This document shows, piece after piece, positions 51,254 to 64,000 of a stretch of 64,000 nt of DNA; position 1 is the stretch's first letter; each line of letters begins with the position of its first letter. The stretch is from the NCBI GenBank assembly GCA_951406725.2, contig OX597821.1, forward strand, positions 75,950,001 to 76,014,000, given 5' to 3'. Below the pieces are notes generated by a model that did no database searches, was not told the origin of the DNA, and was given only the letters and a program-made list of their open reading frames with translations. The stretch comes from Octopus vulgaris. Lineage: Eukaryota. The position numbers were made by a program, and so were the translations under genes.

Positions 51254-52643
51254 TGCCATTGCACAGCTTCTAACGCTGGAGATGTACTACGGTGTCAGCT
51301 GTTCACTACCTGTGAACTAAGGTAACACTTCTTATTTTACGAGCACCTTTCGGAGTATTCGTGCAGTTCCAAGCAGTTCTATTTTCTGCAAGTGCGCCAC
51401 CCTTATTGCAGCCCCTATTTGTTACACGTACTACTGGAGATTTTTGCTCACTGTTCCCTGAGCTCCGATAATTATTGGACCCCAACTGCTTAACTTCCCA
51501 AGATAACCTGTCATATCTTTCGACTTTTCTTTCTTCCTTATCGCATACCATGTTGTCAGCTGGACACGCTATATCTATGATTCAGCATACTTTGTTTACT
51601 TTCTCAATTAAGACTATGTCCGCCTTCCTATTCTCAATCTCATAGTCGCACTGAATCATAAAATCCCATAGGATTTTTGCAATTCTATTTTCGACGATAC
51701 CTTCAGTTTAGTGGTCGTACCAACTTTTTACTCTGTCAAGTTCATACGTGTTGCTAAGTGTCCAATAGACAAGCCTGGCTATATTGTCGTGGCGTCTCTT
51801 ATATTCCTTCTGGACTAGTGGCGTACACTGGCTGGTAATATGCCATACGGTTTCACCCTTTTGTCCACAGATTTTGTCACTTTCTGATATGTTGTCTATT
51901 CTGTATTTTATGTAGTTTCTTCTTAGTGCTTGCTCTTGGGTAGCACAGATTAGAGCTTCCGTTCCCGGTTTTAAATCACTTTCAGTCATCCATCTTTTTT
52001 CTCTGTCTGTCTTATCTTCAACATCCCTATGAAATTGACCATGCATTCTTTTCTTTACCCACCGATTTTCAATTTCATTCGTTTTCAATTTCTTGCATAA
52101 TCCTTTATTTTTGCAATCTTTCATAATACACAAGCCTGACTTTGTTCTAGTAATAGCGGTTCTGTGGCATTTCTTAGATACCATGTTATGTTGTTTTCTT
52201 CTGCTCTAATGCTGTGTTCGCATCCAATAAGTCCTCTTCCCCCTCTTTTTCATACAGTCTATCTGTGTTACTTTTTGGGTGGAGTAATCCATATCTAGTT
52301 AGCAACTTCCTTGTCTTTCTGTCTAAGCTGTTTAGTTCGTCTATTGTCCATGCGATTACCCCTGCTCTATATCTAAGGGGTGAAACCGCCCAGGTGCTGA
52401 TAGCTTCGATCTTATTCTGTCCATTTAATTTCGACTTAAGGATCAGTCTCAGTCTGCGTAAGTACTCCATCTTAAATTTTTCTGTCATTTCTTTCTCTAT
52501 CAATTTATCCTTTTCGAAAATCCCAAGTACTTGTAGCCCGTCTCTTCTATCTGCTTCAAAACCTCCCCCGATTGTATCGTTAGTCCGTCCATACATTTGA
52601 TTTTGCCTCTCTTCACCATACTTTCTCAGTCCGAACTCCATTC
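51254..52643 (-). mobile_element. Second R4/Dong-like family, 3' part
   Basis: MEFGL, RLRLILKSKLNG, LHPKSNTDRLY, MHGQF, RRHDNIAR; 3' end abuts (TAA)n. Confidence 0.88.
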
Positions 52644-52712
52644 TATCATCATCATCATCATCATCATCGTCGTCGTCGTCGTCTTCGTCGTCGTAGTCGT
52701 CGTCGTCATCAT

Positions 52713-52744
<32 letters not shown>

Positions 52745-52817
52745 TCGTCATCGTCGTCATCATCATCATCGTCATCGTCATCATCATCATCATTATCATC
52801 ATCATCATCATCATCAT

Positions 52818-53874
52818 TTCTTTTTATTTCAGGTTGTTGGAACTGCTGGAATCTTGCATGCGTAGCGGGCTTGCTGCCTGCAGCCCACGATACCATGCCG
52901 TCTGTTCTTTTCGACTATCTAATACTTTCCTACTTATTCTGGCTGTGCCAAGGAGACAAACCTTTTTTAACAGTTCTGCTGGGAACTCTATACCTATTTC
53001 CTATACATTCCTCTTGATGCCTTCTGATATTATTCCCAAAGACCCAACAATGATTGGCACTATCTTCACCTTCTTCATTTTCCATAGCCAGACTATTTCG
53101 TACTTAAGAGGGTTGTATTTATTTACTTTTTCATCCTCCTTAATGAATATTCGTGAGTTAAAGGGGCATGCAACATCAACTATATAGCATATGTGGTGTA
53201 TCGTGTCCACCACCACTACGTCCGGTCTGTTATACTCTAGTTCGTGATCTGCAAGTGCGTCACCCTTATTGCATCCCCTATTTGTTCCACGTACTTCTCG
53301 ATATTTTTGCTCACTGTTCCCTGAGTTCCGACAATTATTGGTACTACTGCTATCTTTTTCATCGACCACAACTGCTTAACTTCCCAAGCTAACCCTGTCA
53401 TATCTCTCGACTTTTCTTTCTTCTTTTTGCTAGTCTCCGACTCCGCCACTCTCTGCGGTTCGTGCTCATAACGCGTCTTGCTTCTCTCTAGCCCTCACTT
53501 TTCTCACAGTTTCCAATGTAGCACTTTCGCTACGTGATCGTGTTGCAACAACTTGAAGCGGTTTGGGGCAGGTCTAGGGCATTTGCACATGATATGGGCA
53601 ATAGTTTTATCCAGTCTATTGCAGATGTGGCATAGCGGAGATAGTTGCTCATTACTCAGATTGACCCACCAGTCCGTGTCCAGAACTTGGTCCTGCGGCG
53701 CCAGTATAATGCTTTCGATCTCTGTTTTTAGGGTTCCTTTCATCAGCCAATCCCACCTATTTTTTCCAGCAGCGTCTGTTGTGGTTACATGGAATTGATT
53801 GAGTAGTCCCTTCTTGCGTAATTCTTCTTCATGTTCATGTCCTTTTCGTACGTTTTCCTTTTGCTTAATTCTTC

Positions 53875-53967
<93 letters not shown>

Positions 53968-54070
53968 CATCATCGTCGTCGTCGTTGTTGTTGTTGTTGT
54001 TGTTGTTGTTGTTGCTGTTGTTTCGGACATGATACCATGCTTCAGTCCCACCTCCTTAAGTTTTTGAAAT
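52818..54070 (-). mobile_element. Mosaic of R4/Dong-like fragments (third family 52818-53243 and 53500-54070; second family 53244-53425)
   Basis: NRPDVVVVD...IVDVACP...EKVNKY; CHIC...HIMCKC; HDHVAK. Confidence 0.82.
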
Positions 54071-54744
54071 TAAATGCTGTTGGAGCAGGATTTGTCTTCT
54101 GTGATTGCAGGTTGAGTAAACTAAAGTACCAGCTATATATTAGGGTCGTTCAATTCGACTTCTCCCTTCCGTCCGTATTTCTATCGATGTCAGAAACAAT
54201 TATTTGATTTTGCTGCCAAACTGAAACGATTACCATGTTTGTTGCTGTGACAGCCATGCTTTTTGCGATCATTACAAGTGCTTTTGTGATTGATATGATT
54301 GTTATTCCGATCGCTATGAGTGTTGTTGCTGTAAGACTGTTGCCGTTGCAATGGCTTCTCTTAAAACTTCTCTTGCCGTTTCTGTTAGTGTTACCATGGT
54401 CAGTATTATGATCAAGTTTATACGAGAATTGTTGTTGCTGAAGTCAAACGTGCCAGCCTTGTTATTATTAAGGTTATTGTTCCGACAGCATTTGTGATGG
54501 ATGTATTTGTTAAAGTTGACAAAATGGTCAGAGGTTTTGTTGTTTCGTAAGCTGGTGTTATTGTTGCTGTTACTGCTGCTGCTGCTGTTGTTGTTGTTGA
54601 TGATGATGAGGCTGGTAACAGAATTTTCATTTAATTTGCTTGTTTCGTACCTTTCTTACGTTGGTCGATCTTAAGATTATGATGCCTGCTCCCGCTGCCA
54701 TTGTGATATTTTTACTTTTACGTTTACTTTTAATTTTGTCGATG

Positions 54745-54776
<32 letters not shown>

Positions 54777-55100
54777 GGTGGTGGTGTCATCACCAAGACT
54801 TTGGCGTTCATTTCATCATCTTCTTTCAACGTTATCTCTGTTTTTCACTACTTTCTTGTATTGACGTTTTATTTCATCCTTTGGTGCTCGTTAGTTCTTA
54901 TTATTACCACCACCTTATAATTCACTCTTTCTTTCTCTCCCATCCATCCCCCTCCTTCCCTCCCTGACTTTCTCTCTCTCTCTCTGTTATTCTTTGACAC
55001 TGTCTTTACTTTTCCACCTGTTTGTTTAACACATCGACTTTCACTTTCACATTTCATTATATTTCTCTCTACTCTCTTTTACTTTGTTTTAAGCCACAAC

Positions 55101-55140
<40 letters not shown>

Positions 55141-56496
55141 AAACTTGACAGAAGCATAAGTCGTTAATCTAAATTTCTCCCATGAAATTTCTGCCTTCCT
55201 ACCCCTTCTCTATCGAATCATAAAAGTTGTAATCATTTTTTTCCTCTTTTCAGAGAAAGCTTCCAAAATCTTCATGGCACCCAACACGGCATGACTGATT
55301 TCACATCTGCAGGATTACATATTTAAGAAACATCAACAAAGAATTATTTTCTTTTTCACGACGGCTATTCTCTCTGATTGCTTTTATTATCTTTTTTCCT
55401 GGAGATTGATTAAGACAAGACAGACAACTTTCACGGTTTTCTGTAGGTTTTCTTCTATAATTTTTCGAACAGCCTATGCTGATGCAGCTTTCAAAGAAAC
55501 GAATTGTTTTTATAACACTGTATTAATTCCCGCATTAATCCAGATATATCCATATACAGACACAAGCTAAACGAACATAAATGCGTGCGTATATGCCTAA
55601 AAAGCATATTCATACACACATATATACGCAGGTACACACGCAAACACAGACACACACATATATGTAATATCTCATAATTCAATCTGTCTTGCATGCAAAA
55701 ATGTAAACTTACATATTAATATACACACATACTAACATTACAGGTCTCAGTGCCTGACATATACGTACGTTTCTAGTAGCCAGGGATGTGGAAAGCCAAA
55801 CTACACGCGTGTAACCTTCGTCAAAGGTAGAATCCCAGCTCATATGAATAAGGAAAAAATACACTTGAAATTGTGCGAAAATTGGTAAAATGAAACGAGA
55901 CAGGTTTCAAATGCAAATAGAGTTGTAAAATAAAACGGTTTACAAAAACAACAGAACTCACAGAATTAAACATTTAAAGAATATTTTAAGGTCAAATAAA
56001 GAAATGATAATGTGGTAATACTGATAAAAGTTCTTTTCGTGACAACAAGAAGTCACTGAAAACAGAAGAAAAATATGGACGACTTCAAAAGCATTGATAT
56101 TTTGGATGTTTGTTTACAATTGCATTCAATATGGATGGCCTAGGAATATTTTCATGTAACAAAACGTTCTTTGTGTTTTGCGTTTTTGAGTTTTAAAGAC
56201 ACTTTTTCTCGTGAAGGATTTTCAAGTTATCATGAGAGATATTTTTACGTATTTATAAACCGTCATCATCATAATCATAATCCTCATCATCGTCGTCACC
56301 TGTTTGGTTTCCTGGAAGAATACATCTTCCTCTCAGTTGACTCAGTTGATCTAGGGTTAAAAAAAGCTAAAATACAAAGAAGGATAGTGTTTCATTTGTC
56401 AAACATACACGATCTGGGACTGACAAACATATTTATTACAGATGCGGTCGCTCTACTAGTCGTGTTCTAAAGCACAAAAATAGAGGTTCCACTCTC

Positions 56497-56830
56497 ATGG
56501 CACTGGTATTCCGTCGGCGACGACGACGAGGGTCCCAGTTGATCCGATCAACGGAACAGCCTGTTCATGAAATTAACGTGCAAGTGGCTGAGAACTCCGC
56601 AGACATGCGTACCTTTCACATATTTCTCAGTGGGGGCCTCAGCGGGACACAGGATGTGACAAGGGCTACACTTTCAAATACAAGTACTACTCAATTTTGC
56701 CAGCTGAGTAGAATGGAGGAACGTGAAAATAAAGTGTCTTGCTCAAGGACACAATGTGTCGCAGGGAATTGAACTCACGACCTTAGAATCGTCAACCGAA
56801 TATACTAACCACTTAGTCACGCGCCTTCAC
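56497..56830 (-). mobile_element. tRNA-derived CORE-like SINE with the family D 3' half and RTE-like tail
   Basis: Family E-type head and CORE-like segment; 3' half matches 14700-14833. Confidence 0.8.
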
Positions 56831-59800
56831 TTTCAGTCATATGTAGCAAATATGAAAGGAAAAATATTTGACGATAAACATCGCATCGAGATTGAAATTC
56901 ACGATAAGAAAGTAACTCCGAATGTGAATGTAGTGATCACCGTTTATATTGTCATAAGGGAACTTCTCCAACACTAAGGTTATATCTGTTCATTACACAC
57001 GCGATTCATCGAGGTAAAAGGTTGTTGAACCACTGCAGTGTGTCACCTCAGTCAAAGCTACCCATAGATCAATGAAATTCTAAGTGTATTGGATCATGTC
57101 TTTAGAAATTACTAAAGAGACTGCCTGTGATGTGTGCGTTATTAATGATCATCGGTCAGCATATTCCCGTTCGAATCTTCCAGAATGTATTAAGAACGAA
57201 TTGATACAATTTTGATGGATTCCCTCTGTTCTGCAGGCACATCATACATTATTATCATAGGCTGTGGTATACACAGACACTGACTGACTCAGTGCTGGTA
57301 AAAAGAATCAGAAAAGAAAAGACAGTATAAAAAATAAAACATTACCCGGAAGAAGAGTTACTTCGCATAGGCTGCTGTTAATAGTGTTTTATGTGTACTT
57401 TGTTGTTTGCTGGTTCAAGAATGGTCATGACCACGGTTTCAAAACGTAATTCCACATGTGATGACAGCAGCCGAATATCTCGCTTTTTAAGTTCAGAAAA
57501 GCATTTTGCTGAATGATTCTACTCTCCATAAATGAAAGTATATAGCTTAGCTCTAGGCTTTACATTAGTTTTCCCCAATTTTTAACGAGACTTTTACATC
57601 TGCCAGGAAGCTAATGTCTCACAACAGTGTATTATTTTACTCCATATATAACATACGACAATATCTGGCTATTGTGCTAACACTGGATTGCTGCTTTTAA
57701 TGGTAGGTTTCACTAGCAATATGTAGGTATTAAGGTGTGGAAATATTCTGGATCAAGTGTTAGTTTCGTATGGCCGCCAGAATAATCTTTCCTGTGTATA
57801 GCATTAGAAATGGTTTTAGCGACAATGTCATGCCTCAGGAAAGATAGCATCGTGCGAATATTTTTGAACAGCAACTCATGATATGAGTGGTACTTTCCCC
57901 GCAGAGATGGTATAACTAACATCAACTATCACAATATGGAGTTCTAGAGGAATATTTATCTCTCTTGCTGATCAGATACAGAATTTGTCCCGTTCTTGAA
58001 TAGCAAAAGCATAGTTTTCATGTGAAATAGAAGCGGCTACTGTCTCTTTTCTATTTCTTCAAGCAAAACTTTTTGTTGTTATAATGAACATTTCTCCTGC
58101 AAGGCTCTATCGCTGTATCTTAGTGAAGCCATACTTGGCTCACATGGAACAGGTTCTCCCCCTAATATCGCGCTATTTTCTTACCTTTATTCTTGAATAC
58201 ACACGTAATGTACACCGTTCTGTCTTTGCTATTTAACACACACACATAATTGTAAAAGAGGAAAAAAAGCGTTAAGACATGTCAACCATCTCAAGTCATA
58301 TACATTATTATTATTGGAAAAATCCAAAGACCTACAGATGTTTCTGGGATACACCAGTTTATGAGATATTCAGTCATCGGAGCCCTAGTAATCCGTTACA
58401 GCACTTACCTAGCGTACCTCATCGTTTAGATCACCTGTGAACTAAACTCCCCATACTTTATATATATATATATATATATATGAGCGTATAAGAGCTGGAA
58501 ACTCTGAGTAAAGGCACTCAATTCACAAATAAATTGTAATTATGAATATGCATTTGTATTCAAGAATTTTGTAATGTAGTATTCTTTGTTTTGTTGGTGG
58601 TTTCAGCCTTTTTTTTATGTACAAAGTTAGTTCAGATATTTATTATCGTGCGCGCGTGTGTGCGTGCGTTTGTGTGTATGCATTGAGCAAGAGACTGTCA
58701 GAGAGAGAGAGAGAGAGAGAGAGAGTGAGATGATGGTTGTGAGTGTATAGTATAACATTTTTATGTACAAAAACTACATGAATACCATAGAGTTGACTAA
58801 ATAGCAATACACGTGACCACTCATCGCTGCGCATGCACACACGTAGACAGCAGTCTGAAATGTGAATTGCCATATTTTTTTAGAAAGTTTCTAAATAATT
58901 CTCATAAAAAAAAGTCTTCCTCTCAAATATACAATGAGATGATCGGTTTGAGTGGACATTTACATAGATATGATAAATGCGTAATCTTTTATCTTTTATC
59001 TTTACTTCTCTATATCCCAACTAAAAGCATTGATTTGAATGAAAATCTCTGATGAGGAACTATTTCTCTGAAACACAAAGCAATATAGTAAACGACTTAT
59101 AGTTTATCTAAATTGTCTTAGTACATATTCGTGAGAAAAGCAAGAAATAAAAAGCAGACAGATGTATTTCGCTTATGATTTATTATCCAATTTCAAAATA
59201 ATGTTCCCAGAGATTATTTTATAGCTCTTTCGTTTTTGAAATATTATTTTGAAAACGACCAGATGTAGGTCTTCAACAAACATCATTTATTTGACGCTGT
59301 GGCCATCTAGCGTGTTTTCTTCCTAATAGTATATGCAAATGGTGCCGTTCTCTTTAGCGACAAACACCACAAATTTCAAATTATCACAAACAAAACCCGA
59401 AAGCTGTTTTCTTTAGTTTTACCGGAGATAACAGCATTAATAAAAGATATAATTCCGATTCGGTTAAAGAAGAAATACTTAAAACTAAGATTTTGACATC
59501 TTCCATATATACATCTACGCCATTGTGATAAACGAAATTCTAGATGGAAAGTAACACGCATTAGTTTTCTTCTTGAATAACACCTGTACGAATAACAGAG
59601 CAGTTTAAAGAGATAGGATGATAGACTTATTAAAATTTAAATGGCTCGTGTCTCGCCCTAGGCACTGCGTTGCATTTTTGCTTGAAGCACTCAATTCTCT
59701 GGAACCATGAGTATAGCTGCTAATAGATTTTATGTGTACATATAATTATAACTAGTTGCCAGTGAGTTATTTCCTTATTAGTAAGGGTTAACAAATTCAC

Positions 59801-60229
59801 TTACAATGATAATTTAAGAGTTGATGAACTAAGAGATACGCAAAAAAATTTCGCAACAAATTTATTAATGAAAGAAAAACAAAACTCTAACACAACCTAT
59901 TAGAGAGATTTGAAGGGAATGGGGCATAATTTCCTGAAGATAAGAATCAATTTCATAGAATTCATTTGCATACGTCCAGGGAAACGTTCCTCTTTGCAGG
60001 TAAGTTTCTGTCGTATTGGCCCTCGTCAAGAAAGCAAATTCAATAAATTAATACATGATTTTATATACAGAATATATAGTTACAATACATTTAGCTTGTA
60101 TTTGCATAACTGAAGCAAGTCGACCGCATTAATTTATAACAATAATTTAAGGGGTTCTTAATAAAATAACACAGGAAAACATTGTCAGTTAATGGAAATT
60201 CCTCATTTATTTTGTTTCAAATATTAGCA

Positions 60230-60372
60230 CAAAGCCAGCAAATCGATTGCATTGCCCCAGTGCTCAATAGGTACTTATTTTATCGATCCAGAAAGAATGA
60301 AAAGCGAAGTCGACCCCGGCGAAATTTGAACTCAGAACTTAAAGACGGACGAAATGCCATTAAGCATTTTCC
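60230..60372 (-). mobile_element. SINE family B, degraded
   Basis: AAGTCGACCCCGGCGAAATTTGAACTCAGAAC. Confidence 0.8.
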
Positions 60373-61539
60373 CTGATTCTGGAATGAGGGAAGCTTTGGT
60401 GGTTTGAGGTTTTGGAGTGAGAGAGGCAAGAGAGTTTATAAATGACAAGAAAGCTTGAAGAGTGTCTGTGGATGGATGAGTGAAATAATGTTGCTCAAAC
60501 GGGGTACGAAACCAGCACGATGCGGCGGGGGTAAACCAGCATATGCTGTCGAGCTCTGCTGCTGATATCGAGGTTGCTTTCTATGCCTTGATCCGAGCGT
60601 ATGACGAGGGGGGGGGGGATCACCCCTTTGAGCTGGGAAATGAATGGAATATCTGGTGTGTGTCTTGTTGTGGTTACTCTCTCCTAAAAAAATGGGGAAT
60701 AGGTTTGGGTATATATATAAAAAAATAGCTATAACATCAATATAAGTTCCTAATATTGGGGTAAAACTAGCCAATATGGAGAAGAGTAAAAGAATCTTCA
60801 ATAATACAAGTATATTACTGGTATTTCAACTCGCGTAAAAAGAGAAATAGTCATGCACTCTATCTCGTATATTATTATCTTATTTAATATCGATTAAACT
60901 TCTATGCGATCGCTCGAATTGCTTAAAAGTCACACTTAACCTTGAATAAATGGTAAATTGGGGAATGCAGTCCCTAATATAAACAAAAGGACCGGATAAT
61001 CACGTCTGGAACAGTTGACAGTCAGGCTGACCTAATCCTCAACAGTAGCTGTTACTACATCTAATATAAGGCTAGATATTTTAAGGGTCGGGGACACAGT
61101 TTATTAGGACTACTTCACTAATTCGCTGATAAATCCATGAAGGCAATAATCTACGCTAATTAGAGATAATCGGCGTTACCACAAGGTATTTCCTCGTTTG
61201 CTAGGGATTTTGTGAATAAATAATTATTACTAAGAACAGTAATGATTATTTAACTCAAAATATATATTCATTCTATCCATATCATATGTATATACAGGTA
61301 TCGGTCTCTTTCAGTTACGGGCAATTCGTTTCGCCTGATTTTGAAATATTCTATGTTTTTTAATAGTAAAGCGATTGAACCTGGATGAAATCCGCAGTTA
61401 ATGAGCGTTTATAAAAGCACATTAACCATGTGACATCAATAACATTTGTATTGAGAGAACTGCTTTTAATTCAATGCACACACACACAAATAGACATACT
61501 GGCATATGATACAAATATATATAATACATATAGTATATC

Positions 61540-61862
61540 GTGGCACTCCGTCGGTTACAACGACGGGGGAACAGCCTGCTCATTAAATTAACGAGCGAAT
61601 TGCTGAGCACTCCATAGACACGTGCACCCTTAGCATATTTTTCGTCACTTTTAAATACAGATACATTAGAAAAAGGAAGAAAGAGTAAGAGAAAGTTGTT
61701 GTAGAAGAATACAGCAGAGTTCGCCATCATACCCTGCCAGAGACTTGTGGAGATTTACGCGTTTTTGCTCCATAAACACTCACAACGCCCGGTCTGGGAA
61801 TCGAAACTGCGATCCAACGACCAAGAGTCCCCTGCCCTGACCACTGGGCCATTATGCCTCCA
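61540..61862 (-). mobile_element. SINE family D
   Basis: Head and tail match 14452-14833 with deletions. Confidence 0.8.
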
Positions 61863-61926
61863 CACACACACACACACACGCACGCTCACACACAGACGCA
61901 CACACACACACGCACGCTCACACGCA

Positions 61927-61972
<46 letters not shown>

Positions 61973-61997
61973 CATATTTATATATATATATATATAT

Positions 61998-62826
61998 TTG
62001 TTGGTTGGCATCCTTTCAGTCTCGGGAGACCATGGAGTTGCGCATAAAGTAGTCTAGTCCTGCTTTTATATTTCATGTCCTGATACATTTCCTGCTGTGG
62101 CTGTGTAGTCCTATCCTGGACAAACACTCCCTCTGGCAGGTACCGCAAATGTAGCGAAGACTGTTCCTGGCTGGTTGTAATGCCATAGTCTCTTGTTGGC
62201 GTCTCTTCTTTTCTTTCCATTTCTCCTCTCTCTCTCTGTCACTCCTTTGTATTCCCTCTTTTACGGTACGTCGCCATTCTCCACGGTTGCCGGCAACTGC
62301 CTCCCAACCGCTAATATTGATGTTGCAGACCTTCATGTCCCTTTTGCAAACATCCTTGTAACGTAAGATCGGTCTACCCACAGACCTAGCACCCCTAGCA
62401 AGTTCTCCGTAGAGTATGTCCTTGGGGATTCTGCCATCTTTCATACGGCTAACATGCCCAAGCCATCTCATACGTCTTTGTGTGAGGAGTGCAAACATGC
62501 TTGGTATTCCTGCTTGCCTGAGGACATCTTTGTTGGGGATATGATTCTGGCATTTGATGCGGAGGATTTTTCGGAGGCAGCGCAGGTGAAAGATGTTTAG
62601 GCGACGCTCTTGGCGTGTGTATAGCGTCCAGGTCTCACTTCCATACAGTAGAGTGCTGAGTACACATACCTGGTAGATCTTCATTTTCGTGGTCTTGGTC
62701 AGCTTATTGTTGTCCCAAGCCCGTTTGGAGAGTTGGGCCATCGCAGCAGCTGCCTTGCCAATGCGTATATTGAGCTCAGCGTCAAGGGATAGGTTGTAGG
62801 TGACGGTAGAGCCCAGATAGGTAAAC
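61998..62826 (-). mobile_element. 5'-truncated RTE-clade (BovB-like) LINE with an uninterrupted C-terminal reading frame
   Basis: FTYLGS...RIGKAAAA...LLYGSETW...RWLGHVSRM.DGRIPK.ILYGEL...C..C.R.C.SRIGL.SH; tail GGATGCCAACCAAC. Confidence 0.95.
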
Positions 62827-62923
62827 ATATATATATATTTACCCAGATAGGTAAATATATATATATATATATATATACATAATATATGTATGTACATATA
62901 TACAAGCATACAATATACATTAT

Positions 62924-62958
62924 AGGCGCAGGAGTGGCTGTGTCGTAAGTAGCTTGCT
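62924..62958 (+). mobile_element. SINE family A head, cut off by the downstream element
   Basis: AGGCGCAGGAGTGGCTGTGTCGTAAGTAGCTTGCT. Confidence 0.8.
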
Positions 62959-64000
62959 AACGCACATGCGCAATTAGTCAGTTGCTTCCTGTTCAGCCAG
63001 AGTGGACGCGAGTCAATCAGCTCCGTCCAATTAAAGAAAAAAGACCAAAAACGGAAAGTTGTCGAGGTAAGTGATTTTGTTTATTGTGAGTTGGGCATAA
63101 TTTATTGCGTGCCAATTATTATTTCAGTAAGTTGTGTCCAACTCTGCGACAATTTCGCCTGCTCTCGGCGGCTGCTGTTTTTGTGTTCATTGAAAAAAAA
63201 AGAAAAAACAGTGGAGGGGCGTATCCTCAGAATTCAATACAGTTACTGTTAAAATTACCGTTGGCGGTAGCCAGTGCTGTGTTTGGGTTTGTTGAATTTA
63301 TTCCCTTGTCAGAGTACTTCGCAAGAAAATTATAAAAATAAGCCACTATTGAATTACCTTTCGGACCCATTTTTGTGGAGGTTGTGTTGCAGTTGCGGCG
63401 TTCTAGGTTCAACCCAGGCCGGGAGTACCGCAAGGCCAGAATATTTTTGCTGTGTTTTTTCTGTTTATTAACTTTCTTTTGAACTTCATTTAACCCCCCT
63501 TTTGTTTTTTTTCTTTATTGCGACTTTCCGTTAATTTCTTCCCTTCTGTTGTGCTTTCTCCTTTTTGTTTTTTCAAAAATCTATCAAATTTTATTTGGAC
63601 TTTTGAACTTTTTTCTTCCTGCTTTTGAGTTTAATTTGAATATATTTAAAAAAAAACATGGCAATGAAAAATAACAAAATTTTGGAGTGGGAAATCATAC
63701 CACCTAAAAAGTGGTTAAAGACCGTGAAGATAGGACGGTGGTGTTGAGAACCTACTCCAAGGCACTTGACACCATCGCCCTATTCGAAAAGACGGCAATT
63801 GAAAAGGAGTTGGAAGAGTATTTGCCAACAATTAAATTCATTTCCAGAGGTGTCAAATATGCAACGGTGTGGTTGCTATTTGACACCCCTGAAGAGGCTT
63901 GCAAATTTGCTAGCAAACCCCTGGAGGATAAGGAAATCTTATTCCTGCCCACGTACAAAAAAAAGAAATTGATGAAAGCTTGGATTTGCGGACTGCCACC
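62959..64000 (+). mobile_element. Probable 5' UTR and start of ORF1 of a Tx1/L1-like LINE (runs off the window)
   Basis: ATG 63658; after a 1-nt shift in the A-run at 63706-63710 the frame stays open to the end (DRTVVLRTYS...FDTPEEA...KAWICGLP), resembling ORF1 RRM-type regions. Confidence 0.55.

Noticed and set aside
52186-52896. Poly-Asp ORF resembling a biomineralisation protein
   Set aside because: (GAT/GAC)n microsatellite fused by chance to LINE fragments on both sides
59049-59080. CTGATGA...GAAAC hammerhead-like string
   Set aside because: Stem II register is poor and there is no NUH or stem I partner

Overview
AT-rich, microsatellite-dense animal DNA, intronic or intergenic. The SINE repertoire and repeat content point to an octopus/cephalopod genome (inference). 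No host protein-coding gene can be called with confidence; nearly all listed ORFs are translations of (TA)n/(CA)n/(TATG)n/(GATA)n/(TAA)n repeats. The window is a mosaic of at least five tRNA-headed SINE families, mariner relics (two of them foldback-rearranged), hAT-type MITEs, CR1-like, RTE and Tx1/L1-like LINE fragments, and a cluster of R4/Dong-like RLE retrotransposons stacked in (TAA)n tracts (42.8-54.1 kb). The main signal is a set of hammerhead-ribozyme (HHR) motifs in Penelope-like, often foldback, repeats. (1) A dispersed repeat (4 copies) has the three HHR strands in the order NUH-strand, GAAA-strand, CUGAUGA-strand. This is not one of the three circular permutations (types I-III), and the stems differ in sequence between copies but still pair. 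(2) A tRNA-headed SINE carries a minimal type I HHR. (3) A very young foldback carries a U3-A8 core-variant HHR. All structures were folded by eye; activity and novelty are untested.
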